Shown: positions 24,999 through 33,449 of the stretch, one piece after another
Numbering within the stretch: position 1 is the first letter of the stretch
Layout: each line of letters begins with the position of its first letter
Assembly: GCA_964364715.1 (NCBI GenBank)
Contig: CAYING010000001.1
Coordinates: forward strand, 33,454-96,516
From: an uncultured Planctomycetales bacterium
GTDB lineage: Bacteria > Omnitrophota > Gorgyraeia > Zapsychrales > GWA2-47-8
DNA length: 63,063 nucleotides
Direction of reading: 5' to 3'
The notes under the pieces: generated by a model
Database searches by the model: none
What the model was told of the DNA's origin: nothing
The model's input: the letters and a program-made list of their open reading frames with translations, nothing else
Made by a program: the position numbers and the translations under genes

Positions 24999-26670
24999 AG
25001 ATTTTGAACAGAAAAGCCATGGATTTTGGCTGGCGATTTTATTGGCCGCCGCGTATTTTCTCCTGATGTTCGGCAACGGGATGCTGAGCCTGACTCATCC
25101 GGACGAAGTGTTTTATGTACAGAGCGCCAAAGAGATGGTGCGTCATAAAAGCTGGCTGACGCCGATGATCTTTGACTGGCCGCAGTTTGAGAAACCGATC
25201 TTTTTTTATTGGCTTCTGATGATCGGGATCAAATTGGCCGGTTTAAGCCCCTTTATGGCGCGGTTCTGGCCGTCGATATTCGGCATTATCGGAGTTCCGG
25301 CAGTCTATGGGATCGCGTGGGTTCTGTTCCGGAATAAACGTACGGCTTTTTTGTCGGGGATGGTCTTGGCGGCGAGCTTTATTCATCTGGCGATGTCGCG
25401 GGCGGTTTTGACCGATATGACATTTTCGATCCTAACGGTTTTGTCCTTCGGCAGTTTTTGCTGGGCGTATTATGAACGGAAATATAAAAATATCGGGATC
25501 ATTTTGTTTTTTATTTTTATGGGGCTGGCGGTTTTGACCAAAGGGCTCCTGGGTGTATGTTTTCCGTTCACGGTTGTCCTGTCATTTTTAGTGTCGCAGA
25601 AGGACTTTAAATTTTTGAAAGTGCCGGCGACGGCCTGGGGCGCTCTCTTGTTCGCGGTGATCGCGGTGCCTTGGCACATCCTGATGTATAAGTGGTACGG
25701 CCGGGTTTTTATTGCTGAGTATTGGCATAATGTGCATGTACTCCGTATCTTTGTTGCTGAACATCCCCGGAACGACACCTGGTATTTTTATTTTGCCATT
25801 ATGTTCGCCGGCATAATGCCGTTCAGCCTGTTCTGGCCGTCAATGCTGAACACCGCGCTAAAAACGGTCAGGAAATCCGGAGCCGGATCGGCGCAGATCT
25901 CGCTTTTGATCTCCTGGATTTGCAGCACCTATGTCTTCGTCCAGGCGGCGCATTCGAAGTTGGCCAGTTATATCCTGCCGGTCTTTCCGGTCGTTGCGAT
26001 CTTGATGGGGTATTATTTGAACCGCGCCTTGTCGGATTTTGAAGAAAAGAAGATCGAACCCAAAACCATCATCATTGTCGGTTACGCGATGGCGGGATCT
26101 CTCGTCGCGGCAGCGGTGGGGGGCAACATCGCGGCGGAAATGTATAAGGCCGTGGTCACGGACAAACAGCCGGTCTATATCGCTTCCGCGCTCGCCGTAT
26201 TATGGGCGGGAGTAATGGTGTTTTTGAATATTAAGCGCAAATATTTTGCCTTGGTCTTGTCAAAAGCCGGAGTAACAATGCTGCTGTTGACGGTGGCGCT
26301 GGTCGGTATCCCGACGGCTGAACCGTGGGTCTCCTGCAAGAATGTTATGGATGAATTTAATAAGCTCGATCAAAATACAACTCCTGTTTTGGCGAGCAAA
26401 TTTTACGCGCGCGGTGTGCGCTATTACTCCGACCGGCCGGTGGCGGTGATCAATATCGGTGGAAAAGGTTTTTTTACCCCGCATCCGATCCCGTTTTTGA
26501 ATACCGATGAAAAAGTTTTGGATTTTATTAAAGAACAAAAAGATCTTTATGCTATAGTAAGACAACAAGATTGGGAAATATTGATGCGCTTGGCGCCGGG
26601 CCGTTATCAAATAATTGAGATCGGCAAGGGCGTCGGCGGAAAACATATCATCAAGATTGAACAGCTTTAA
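24988..26670 (+). CDS. GT-C fold glycosyltransferase, family 39 / ArnT-like
   Basis: The N-terminal DEVFYVQSAKEM loop motif is typical of ArnT/PMT_2, with about 12 TM segments. ATG 24988 overlaps the upstream stop. Confidence 0.75.
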   Translation: MLLKDFEQKSHGFWLAILLAAAYFLLMFGNGMLSLTHPDEVFYVQSAKEMVRHKSWLTPMIFDWPQFEKPIFFYWLLMIGIKLAGLSPFMARFWPSIFGIIGVPAVYGIAWVLFRNKRTAFLSGMVLAASFIHLAMSRAVLTDMTFSILTVLSFGSFCWAYYERKYKNIGIILFFIFMGLAVLTKGLLGVCFPFTVVLSFLVSQKDFKFLKVPATAWGALLFAVIAVPWHILMYKWYGRVFIAEYWHNVHVLRIFVAEHPRNDTWYFYFAIMFAGIMPFSLFWPSMLNTALKTVRKSGAGSAQISLLISWICSTYVFVQAAHSKLASYILPVFPVVAILMGYYLNRALSDFEEKKIEPKTIIIVGYAMAGSLVAAAVGGNIAAEMYKAVVTDKQPVYIASALAVLWAGVMVFLNIKRKYFALVLSKAGVTMLLLTVALVGIPTAEPWVSCKNVMDEFNKLDQNTTPVLASKFYARGVRYYSDRPVAVINIGGKGFFTPHPIPFLNTDEKVLDFIKEQKDLYAIVRQQDWEILMRLAPGRYQIIEIGKGVGGKHIIKIEQL

Positions 26671-26682
26671 CACAAAGTCGTT

Positions 26683-27675
26683 ATGCGCAAGAATTATTCC
26701 CGGGAAAAATTCCGTTTAATATTCGAAAATTCTCCTGTCCCTATTTGGGAGGAGGATATCTCCGCGCTTGTCGAGCTGCGCAAGTATCTTAAAGACCGCA
26801 CGGTCACCAATATCCACAAATATTTACTGGAACATAAGGAGCTTTTCGCCAAGACATTTTCTTCGCTCCGGATCCTGAACGCCAATAAGGCTGCACTCGC
26901 AATGTGCGGAGCAATGGATAAGGACCAGATCATCCCGGGTTTTGCCAGGAACCTCACGAAAGAGATCTTTGAGGCCATGGTCGGGAAGTTCGCCGCGCTT
27001 TTGAGCGGTAAGACATATTTCGAGGCGGAGATACGTGGAAAAAGTTTTAAGGATAAAAGTTATGAGGTGCTGTTCCGCGTTTCACTTCCCGAAGAGTCCC
27101 GCGGGAACCTGTCGAGAGCGATCGTGACGCTGCAGGATATTACCGAACTGAAAAAGATGGAGCGGCACCTGCGTACGCTCGCTCAGCTGGACAGCCTGAC
27201 AAAGCTTTATAACCATCGCACGATCCTCAATCGTTTGGAGGCGGAATTGATACGCGCCAAACGGTATGGGTCCAGTTTGTCGTGCTTGATGATCGATGTC
27301 GATCATTTCAAAATCATTAATGACGAGTACGGCCATCAAAAAGGGGACCAGGTCATCCGCCGCGTGGCGAACACGCTGCGTCAAAGTGTGCGCCAGGTGG
27401 ATGTGATCGGCCGTTACGGCGGGGATGAATTTTTGGTGATCTTGCCGGAAACAAAAGCGCAGAACGCCAAGGTCGCTGCCACGCGTATTCAGGCTGTTTT
27501 TGAATTGAAGAAGTTCCAGGTCCGTTCTGATCAATCGATTCTGATTGCTTTAAGTATCGGCATCAGTGGTTATCCGGATAAACAGGTTAAAGAGGTAAAG
27601 GATCTTATTGCCAAAGCGGACAAAGCAATGTATGCTGCCAAGAAAATGGGCAGCAACCGCATCGTGATCGCTTAA
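26683..27675 (+). CDS. PAS-GGDEF diguanylate cyclase
   Basis: The RYGGDEF active site is preceded by the I-site RQVD. PAS-like N-terminus. Confidence 0.85.
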   Translation: MRKNYSREKFRLIFENSPVPIWEEDISALVELRKYLKDRTVTNIHKYLLEHKELFAKTFSSLRILNANKAALAMCGAMDKDQIIPGFARNLTKEIFEAMVGKFAALLSGKTYFEAEIRGKSFKDKSYEVLFRVSLPEESRGNLSRAIVTLQDITELKKMERHLRTLAQLDSLTKLYNHRTILNRLEAELIRAKRYGSSLSCLMIDVDHFKIINDEYGHQKGDQVIRRVANTLRQSVRQVDVIGRYGGDEFLVILPETKAQNAKVAATRIQAVFELKKFQVRSDQSILIALSIGISGYPDKQVKEVKDLIAKADKAMYAAKKMGSNRIVIA

Positions 27676-27684
27676 GAAAATATT

Positions 27685-28683
27685 ATGGCATTTAAAATTC
27701 CAGACACTCCTGAAGAATTATTTCGTCAAGGCCGCTATAAAATGCCCGATTTTAGCCGGTGGCTGCCCTTGTTCACGCTGGTCTTTGTTCTTTTGACCGT
27801 GACGCTGACCAGTTTTTATTCTATCGAGCCCGATGAGGTCGGCGTGATCCGCCGTTTCGGGAAATACGCCCGTACCACCGAACCCGGCCTTCATTGGAAA
27901 TTTCCTTTTAGTATCGAGCAGTTGGACAAAGTGAAAGTTAAACGAATTTTTAAAGAAGAATTCGGTTTTCGGACCGTGCGTTCCGAGGCGCGCTCGGAAT
28001 ATAACAGCGGTTCGTATGAAGATGAATCCCAGATGCTGACCGGCGATTTGAACGTCTTGGACGTGACCTGGATCGTCCAATTCAAGATTAAAGATCCGGC
28101 AAAATTATTATTCAGCGTCCGTAATCCGCGCGGAACTTTACGGAATATTTGTGAGGCGGTGATGACCCGGGTGATCGGCGACAGTACGGTATCGGAGGCG
28201 CTGGCGACCCGCCGTATCGAGATCAACGCAGAAGTTCAAAGTGAACTACAGCGTATCCTGGATTCTTACAACAGCGGGATCGATATTGAGACCATTAAAC
28301 TGCAGGACGTTAACCCTCCGGATGAAGTAAAGCCTTCTTTTAACGAGGTCAACGAGGCCAAACAGGAAAAGGAAAAAGTGATCAACCAATCCTGGGAGGC
28401 GTATAACAAGGCGATCCCCAAGGCAAAAGGCGATGCGGAAAGAATTCTCCGCGAGTCCGAAGGATATGCGCTGCGCCGCGTTAACGAGGCCAAGGGCGAC
28501 GCCGCAAAATTTTTATCCACGTGGGAGGCCTACACGAAAGCGCAAGATGTGACCCGCCGCCGGTTGTATTTGGAAACTTTGCAGGATATTTTACCCAAGG
28601 CCGGCCAGATCTATATTTCGGAACCGGGCAGCGCCGGGATATTGCCGCTTTTGAACATTCAAGAGAAAAAGAGAAATGAATAA
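27685..28683 (+). CDS. hflK: FtsH modulator HflK (SPFH domain)
   Basis: TM anchor, an SPFH core and pairing with hflC. Confidence 0.85.
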   Translation: MAFKIPDTPEELFRQGRYKMPDFSRWLPLFTLVFVLLTVTLTSFYSIEPDEVGVIRRFGKYARTTEPGLHWKFPFSIEQLDKVKVKRIFKEEFGFRTVRSEARSEYNSGSYEDESQMLTGDLNVLDVTWIVQFKIKDPAKLLFSVRNPRGTLRNICEAVMTRVIGDSTVSEALATRRIEINAEVQSELQRILDSYNSGIDIETIKLQDVNPPDEVKPSFNEVNEAKQEKEKVINQSWEAYNKAIPKAKGDAERILRESEGYALRRVNEAKGDAAKFLSTWEAYTKAQDVTRRRLYLETLQDILPKAGQIYISEPGSAGILPLLNIQEKKRNE

Positions 28684-29647
28684 AGCCTTAAATTCTATTA
28701 TTGTGATGCTATTTGGTGCTGCTTTTGTTTTAGGCAGCGGCACCTTTTATATTGTAGATGAGACCCAGCAGGTGGTAGTCACCCAATTCGGGGAACCGAT
28801 CGGGGCACCGATCACCCAGGCGGGGCTGCATTTTAAAATACCATTCGTTCAGACCGTCAATTATTTTGAGAAACGGATCCTGGAGTGGGACGGCGATCCG
28901 AACCAGATCCCGACCAGAGATAAACGCTATATCTGGGTCGATGCGACCGCCCGCTGGAAGATCGTGGACGCTTTAAAATTTATGCAGTCGGTCGGTAACG
29001 AGGCGGGGGCGCAGACCCGTTTGGATGACATTGTCGATGCGAACGCGCGTGATGTGATCTCCAACGCAAATTCGATCGAAGTGGTGCGCGATACGAACCG
29101 TTTGGTCGAGGACGCCAAGGCTTTAGGGAGTACGGATGATACTGACTGGGAGGCTGTCATAGGCACACATGATCGCGTTGACACCGGCCGCGAGAAATTG
29201 ACCCGCGAGATCTTGCGCCGATCCAGAGAGATCCTGCCGAATTACGGAATCGAGCTGATCGATGTTCAGATCAAGCGTATCAACTATGTTCAGGAAGTTC
29301 GTAAAAAAGTTTACGAGAGAATGATATCGGAGCGAAAACGTGCGGCTGAGCGTTTCCGTTCCGAAGGCCAGGGGGAGAAGGCCGGGATCGAGGGACAGAC
29401 GGTGAAAGAAATGGAGCAGATACAATCGGAGGCCTATCGTAAAGCGCAGGAAATCCGCGGGAAAGCCGATGCGGAAGCGACGGACATTTATGCCGAGGCG
29501 TATAACAAAGACCCGGAATTCTATTCATTCATCAAGACCATGGAAACCTACCGCACGACCGTTTCACCATCCACGACGCTGTTTCTTTCGACTGACAATG
29601 AGCTTTATAAATATCTGCAGGGAGTTCAGGGAAAAATACTGCCCTAA
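28676..29647 (+). CDS. hflC: FtsH modulator HflC (SPFH domain)
   Basis: TM anchor, an SPFH core, and an 8-nt overlap with hflK. Confidence 0.85.
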   Translation: MNKALNSIIVMLFGAAFVLGSGTFYIVDETQQVVVTQFGEPIGAPITQAGLHFKIPFVQTVNYFEKRILEWDGDPNQIPTRDKRYIWVDATARWKIVDALKFMQSVGNEAGAQTRLDDIVDANARDVISNANSIEVVRDTNRLVEDAKALGSTDDTDWEAVIGTHDRVDTGREKLTREILRRSREILPNYGIELIDVQIKRINYVQEVRKKVYERMISERKRAAERFRSEGQGEKAGIEGQTVKEMEQIQSEAYRKAQEIRGKADAEATDIYAEAYNKDPEFYSFIKTMETYRTTVSPSTTLFLSTDNELYKYLQGVQGKILP

Positions 29648-29651
29648 GTAG

Positions 29652-29703
29652 GAAAAGGGGATCGGGTATTTTTTTTGTAAAAAAGCAGCCTATCCCCTTT
29701 TTC
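29652..29703 (+). terminator. Long-loop hairpin after hflC
   Basis: GAAAAGGGGAT / ATCCCCTTTTTC arms around a T/A-rich loop. Confidence 0.4.
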
Positions 29704-29735
29704 AGTTTCAAAGAGTAAAAATTCCGACAATTTTA

Positions 29736-29766
29736 TTGACACCATATCCGACGAGGCAGATAATAA
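29736..29766 (+). promoter_or_regulatory. Candidate promoter of the csp leader (TTGACA-N18-ATAATA)
   Basis: TTGACA at 29736-29741 and ATAATA at 29760-29765. This would give a leader of about 170 nt. Confidence 0.45.
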
Positions 29767-29811
29767 AATTGTCATGAAGCACCGGTATTTCTTTGAACAT
29801 CGAACCACGTG

Positions 29812-29850
29812 ATCCTGTTCCGGCCTCGGCCGGGTCAGGATTTTTTATTT
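29812..29850 (+). terminator. Intrinsic-terminator-like hairpin inside the csp upstream region
   Basis: ATCCTG-TTCCGGCC-TC-GGCCGGG-TCAGGAT followed by TTTTTTATTT. A second hairpin, CCCCGC-AAA-GCGGGG plus TTTATTTT, lies at 29884-29908. Confidence 0.6.
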
Positions 29851-29943
29851 GCCTACCACAATTTCAGAGAAGGCAAATAGCTGCCCCGCAAAGCGGGGGT
29901 TTATTTTAGCCGTAAAATTCACCAAGCAGGAGGGGGAATTGGG

Positions 29944-30144
29944 ATGGTTAAAGGCAAAGTAAAGTGGTTCGACAATAAAAAGGGGTACGGTTTTGTAGTC
30001 CCCGAGGGCGGGAAGGATGTCTTCGTTCATTATTCGACGATACAGCAGGACGGGTTCAAGACCTTAAACGAAGGCCAGGATGTAGAATTCGACATCGTGC
30101 AGACGGACAAAGGCGAACAGGCCCAGAACGTTACTAAAGTTTAA
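29944..30144 (+). CDS. cspA: Cold-shock protein (CspA family)
   Basis: [15 protein letters not shown] (RNP1) and DVFVHYS (RNP2). Confidence 0.93.
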   Translation: MVKGKVKWFDNKKGYGFVVPEGGKDVFVHYSTIQQDGFKTLNEGQDVEFDIVQTDKGEQAQNVTKV

Positions 30145-30155
30145 GGTTATTAACA

Positions 30156-30200
30156 GTTTTTCCACCCTGCCGGCAGGCAGGCCCGGGGGTGGGGAAAAAC
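30156..30200. repeat. GC-rich palindromic element, same family as 13255-13355
   Basis: GTTTTTCCACCCTGCCGGCAGGCAGGCCCGGGGGTGGGGAAAAAC. Its right half is the reverse complement of 13274-13296. Confidence 0.75.
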
Positions 30201-30217
30201 CAACCCCGGGGTATTTT

Positions 30218-30620
30218 ATGTCTATTGAGGCGCCGGTGAGATTAAAAGCGATCTATGAATTTTTAGCTGCTGCGGATGCATCGTACGACGGGATCGCGGA
30301 AATTTTGAGCGAGATTTTTATAGTACACGGCGTTTTGCCTCAGGATATCATTGAATCCCGCATCGATGAAAAGGTTTCGGTTTCCAGTTTTTTAAAATCC
30401 AGACTAGATGCCGTCCAGCTTAAGAAACGGATCGATCAGCTTAAACTGCGTAAAGTCAGCCTGAAGATCCGCTCGCTGCGCAGTGAGGATTGGCAGAATA
30501 AATAGACTTGTCGCGCAGGATATCGCGGATTATGCGGATGATCCGTATGATTTTGCCGCGGCGAATTTTATCTCGCAGGATCTGATCTGTTTTAAGAATA
30601 AGTTGATTTCTTTGCAGTAG
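30218..30620 (+). pseudogene. Possible remnant of ribosomal protein L11 methyltransferase (prmA)
   Basis: The 95-aa ORF (30218-30505) ends in ...SEDWQNK*, where PrmA has EDWxxxW. The +1 frame then reads ...DPYDFAAANFISQDLI..., resembling the PrmA D-x-VVANIL segment. The methyltransferase core is missing. Confidence 0.35.
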
Positions 30621-30940
30621 TTTGTTAAAATTCAGCTCTTTTTATAACGTAACCCATTGAATCCCAGCTGGTTAACAAGCCTTAAAGCGTTGATTAGAAC
30701 TGCACGCAGCGCATTGCAACGCTTCACAGCGTCGAGAAATTTTTGAATTTATGTGTCAAAAAATATTTTTTTAACAAAGTACTGTTCTTTGGTAAAAGAT
30801 GGAAAATATCTGGCGGTCTCCGGGATATCGTTGGAGAATTTACCGGGATTACAAAAAAATTTTCCGTGTTACCGTTGCGATGTCTGAAGGTTAAGAAGGG
30901 AAAGAAATGGTCAGCGGTTCTTTATCAGAAGAGGTGAGTG

Positions 30941-31354
30941 ATGGTTTGGGGTAATGAGGAGGAATTGGAATTCAAGATGCAGCAGCTTGGGGTGAGGGAA
31001 GCTGACCTTGACGAAAAATTTGTCCGTTCTTCCGGCCCGGGCGGGCAAAATGTCAATAAGGTCGCGACCTGCGTCCAGCTGACGCATATCCCGACGGGGA
31101 CGATGGTCAAATGCCAGACGGAGCGCACACAGGCCTTAAACCGCGTGCAGGCCCGATGGCTCCTGCTGCAGAAGATCGAATTGAACCGCGACCAGCAGGC
31201 CTTTAAGGCGCGTCAGCTTCGGGAAAAACTCCGCCGTCAGAAACGCAAACGTCCGAAGAACCTTAAAGAGGAGATCCTCCGTAAAAAACACATCCGCGCC
31301 GAAAAGAAGTCTTCGCGTAAAAAAGTTCATCTGCACAAAGTCGAGGAATATTAG
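30941..31354 (+). CDS. RF-1 domain protein with GGQ motif (ArfB/peptidyl-tRNA hydrolase-like)
   Basis: RSSGPGGQNVNKVATCVQLTHIPTG and a basic C-terminal tail. The start is uncertain (GTG 30938, ATG 30941 or ATG 30977). Confidence 0.75.
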   Translation: MVWGNEEELEFKMQQLGVREADLDEKFVRSSGPGGQNVNKVATCVQLTHIPTGTMVKCQTERTQALNRVQARWLLLQKIELNRDQQAFKARQLREKLRRQKRKRPKNLKEEILRKKHIRAEKKSSRKKVHLHKVEEY

Positions 31355-32509
31355 ATGGGATTAAATTTTTTTAATGGGGGGATCCGTTTTAACCGTCACG
31401 AACTGGCCGGAAGTTTCGGCGATATCGGAACGGATTTTCCTCTTGTTGTGAGCCTGATCCTTGTCTGCGGGCTCGACCCGGCCAGTGTTCTAGTGATGTT
31501 TGGGATTGCGCAGATCTTGACGGGAGTTGTTTATAAACTTCCGATGCCGGTGCAGCCGTTAAAGGCGATGACCGTGATCGCTATCAGTCAGAAATTGACC
31601 GGGAATATTCTTTATGCCGGCGGATTAGCCGTCGGGATGATGATGCTCGTGTTGAGCGCGACGGGGCTGATTTCCTGGATAGCGCGCGTTGTTCCCAAGA
31701 CAGTCGTGCGCGGTATTCAGTTCGGGCTTGGATTGCAGCTGGCATCCTTGGCTCTGAAAGATTATGTGCCGTCTTCTGGAATGCCGGGGTTTATTTTGGC
31801 ATCGGTAAGTTTTTTTATTGTTTTAGCGCTATGGGGGAATAAAAAATATCCGGCCGCGATCGTCGTAATTTTTCTGGGGATCATTTATGCGTTTGTTTTT
31901 AAAATTTCGTTAGGGCAGATCACAGCCGCAGTCGGATTTGATCTTCCAAAATTCCATCAACCGACGGCAGATGAGCTGGTCACGGGATTTTTGGTCTTGG
32001 CGTTACCGCAGTTGTGTTTGTCCATCGGGAATTCGGTGTTGGCGACCCATCAGGTGGTCAAAGATTTTTTCCCGGAGAAAAGGTTGGGTGTTAAGAAAAT
32101 AGGATTTACATATTCCGGACTGAACTTAATTATGCCGTTTTTCAGCGGGATCCCTGTGTGCCATGGTTCCGGCGGGATCGCCGGGCATTATACGTTCGGC
32201 GCGCGGACCGGCGGATCCGTGCTCATTTACGGTTCTCTCTATCTTTTTATGGGGCTTTTTTTAAGCCATGGTTTTAAGCAAGTGATCGAGATATTCCCTA
32301 AACCGATACTGGGTGTGATCCTTTTTTTTGAAGGAGTAGCTCTGTTACGGTTGATACACGATCTTAAGGCTTCAAAATGGGAATTCGGCCTGGCGATCAT
32401 GGTTGGAATAATGGCAGCCAATTTACCGTACGGATATGTTGCCGCTTTGGTTTTAGGAACGGCACTTTATTATTTATTTAAGAGAAATTTATTGGCCAAG
32501 TGGGAATAA
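31355..32509 (+). CDS. Putative sulfate/molybdate transporter (MOT1-like)
   Basis: ELAGSFGDIGTDFPLV N-terminal motif. Polytopic. Confidence 0.55.
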   Translation: MGLNFFNGGIRFNRHELAGSFGDIGTDFPLVVSLILVCGLDPASVLVMFGIAQILTGVVYKLPMPVQPLKAMTVIAISQKLTGNILYAGGLAVGMMMLVLSATGLISWIARVVPKTVVRGIQFGLGLQLASLALKDYVPSSGMPGFILASVSFFIVLALWGNKKYPAAIVVIFLGIIYAFVFKISLGQITAAVGFDLPKFHQPTADELVTGFLVLALPQLCLSIGNSVLATHQVVKDFFPEKRLGVKKIGFTYSGLNLIMPFFSGIPVCHGSGGIAGHYTFGARTGGSVLIYGSLYLFMGLFLSHGFKQVIEIFPKPILGVILFFEGVALLRLIHDLKASKWEFGLAIMVGIMAANLPYGYVAALVLGTALYYLFKRNLLAKWE

Positions 32510-32830
32510 ATGACCAAGCGCAAACTGTTGATTTGTATCGCTATCTTTATTTTTCTGGTCACCGCGATCTGTGTTGTCGGCTTATTATACTTTAATGACC
32601 AGGCTGTTTTGCCGGGGGATACTTTGCGGCACACGAAAGAAGATCCGGCCTATTATCGTCATTTGAGCCGGGAATGTTTGAAAAAGGGAAGCGTCAGCTG
32701 TTGTATGACATCTTTGCGAAGGATGATGGCGCATCATTCGCGTGAAGTTCCTCCGCAAGGATGTCCTGAGGGTTATGTTCCGAATATGCTAAGATGTGTT
32801 GATAGCTATCGATGGTGTGAGCGCAAATAA
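32510..32830 (+). CDS. Small membrane-anchored Cys-rich hypothetical protein
   Basis: TM anchor followed by 7 Cys (C-x8-CC, GCPEG, C-x6-C). Confidence 0.5.
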   Translation: MTKRKLLICIAIFIFLVTAICVVGLLYFNDQAVLPGDTLRHTKEDPAYYRHLSRECLKKGSVSCCMTSLRRMMAHHSREVPPQGCPEGYVPNMLRCVDSYRWCERK

Positions 32831-32837
32831 TTCCAAG

Positions 32838-32910
32838 TTAAAAATTAAAAATGAAAAATTATAGTTTAAAATTTAAAATTTTGATTTTGCATTTTTCATT
32901 TTAAATTTTA
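32838..32910. repeat. A/T-only heptamer inverted repeat
   Basis: TTAAAAATGAAAAAT (32845-32859) pairs with ATTTTTCATTTTAA (32891-32904). The AAAAWTR period of 7 mirrors the AAAAGTS elements. Confidence 0.65.
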
Positions 32911-32928
32911 CATTGTTAAGGCATATTT

Positions 32929-33393
32929 ATGCGTACTAATGGAAATAAAAGCGGGATGGTGGACATCAGCGCCAAGGATGTGACCAAACGCACGGCACGA
33001 GCGAGTGCTGTGATCCGTTTTTCCAAAAGCGCTTTTACCGCGCTGATCAAGGACAAATCTCCCAAGGGAAATGTTCTCGAAACCGCAAAAGTGGCTGGCA
33101 TTATGGCCGCGAAAAATACCCCGCAGATCATTCCGTTGTGCCATCCTCTGGAATTGAGCAAGGTGAAGGTTGATTTTGAATTGAATGCCCGCAAAAGTGA
33201 AGTGAGTGTATTCAGTGAAGTCGTCTGCTTGGGCAGAACAGGTGTTGAAATGGAAGCTCTTGCCGCGGTAACTGTTGCGGCCCTGACCGTGTACGATATG
33301 ATGAAATGGGCGGACAAAGGGATCCGTATTCTGGATGTGAAGTTGCTGTCCAAAACCGGCGGCAAAAGCGGCGACTTTCACGCAGGAAACTAA
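32929..33393 (+). CDS. moaC: Cyclic pyranopterin monophosphate synthase
   Basis: GMVDISAK, TAKVAGIMAAK-T-QIIPLCHPL and GVEMEAL motifs. Confidence 0.92.
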   Translation: MRTNGNKSGMVDISAKDVTKRTARASAVIRFSKSAFTALIKDKSPKGNVLETAKVAGIMAAKNTPQIIPLCHPLELSKVKVDFELNARKSEVSVFSEVVCLGRTGVEMEALAAVTVAALTVYDMMKWADKGIRILDVKLLSKTGGKSGDFHAGN

Positions 33394-33449
33394 CGGAAAA
33401 CTAACGGAAAAATTCTTTTCGATTTCGCTGCCGAGTGGTATTCTAGTGG

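Noticed and set aside
30743-30937. The ORF track calls a 64-aa ORF in the long spacer before the GGQ-protein gene.
   Set aside because: It has a TTG start with no SD, and a Lys/Phe-rich composition that reflects AT-rich DNA. It has no motif. I treat the region as non-coding pending expression data.
30621-30937. I considered a Moco riboswitch upstream of the Mo-transporter/moaC genes.
   Set aside because: I could not find the conserved Moco-motif sequence blocks by eye. An unrelated GGQ-protein gene also intervenes. An Rfam RF01055 cmscan would settle this.
32851-32904. There is a 17-codon mini-ORF (MKNYSLKFKILILHFSF*) inside the AT-only hairpin upstream of moaC.
   Set aside because: It lies wholly within a low-complexity inverted repeat and has no SD. 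An open frame of this size is expected by chance in such sequence.
33385-33405. There is a tandem duplication GGAAACTAAC/GGAAAACTAAC spanning the moaC stop codon.
   Set aside because: There are only two short units and no further copies in the window. It is most simply a small slippage duplication without evident function.
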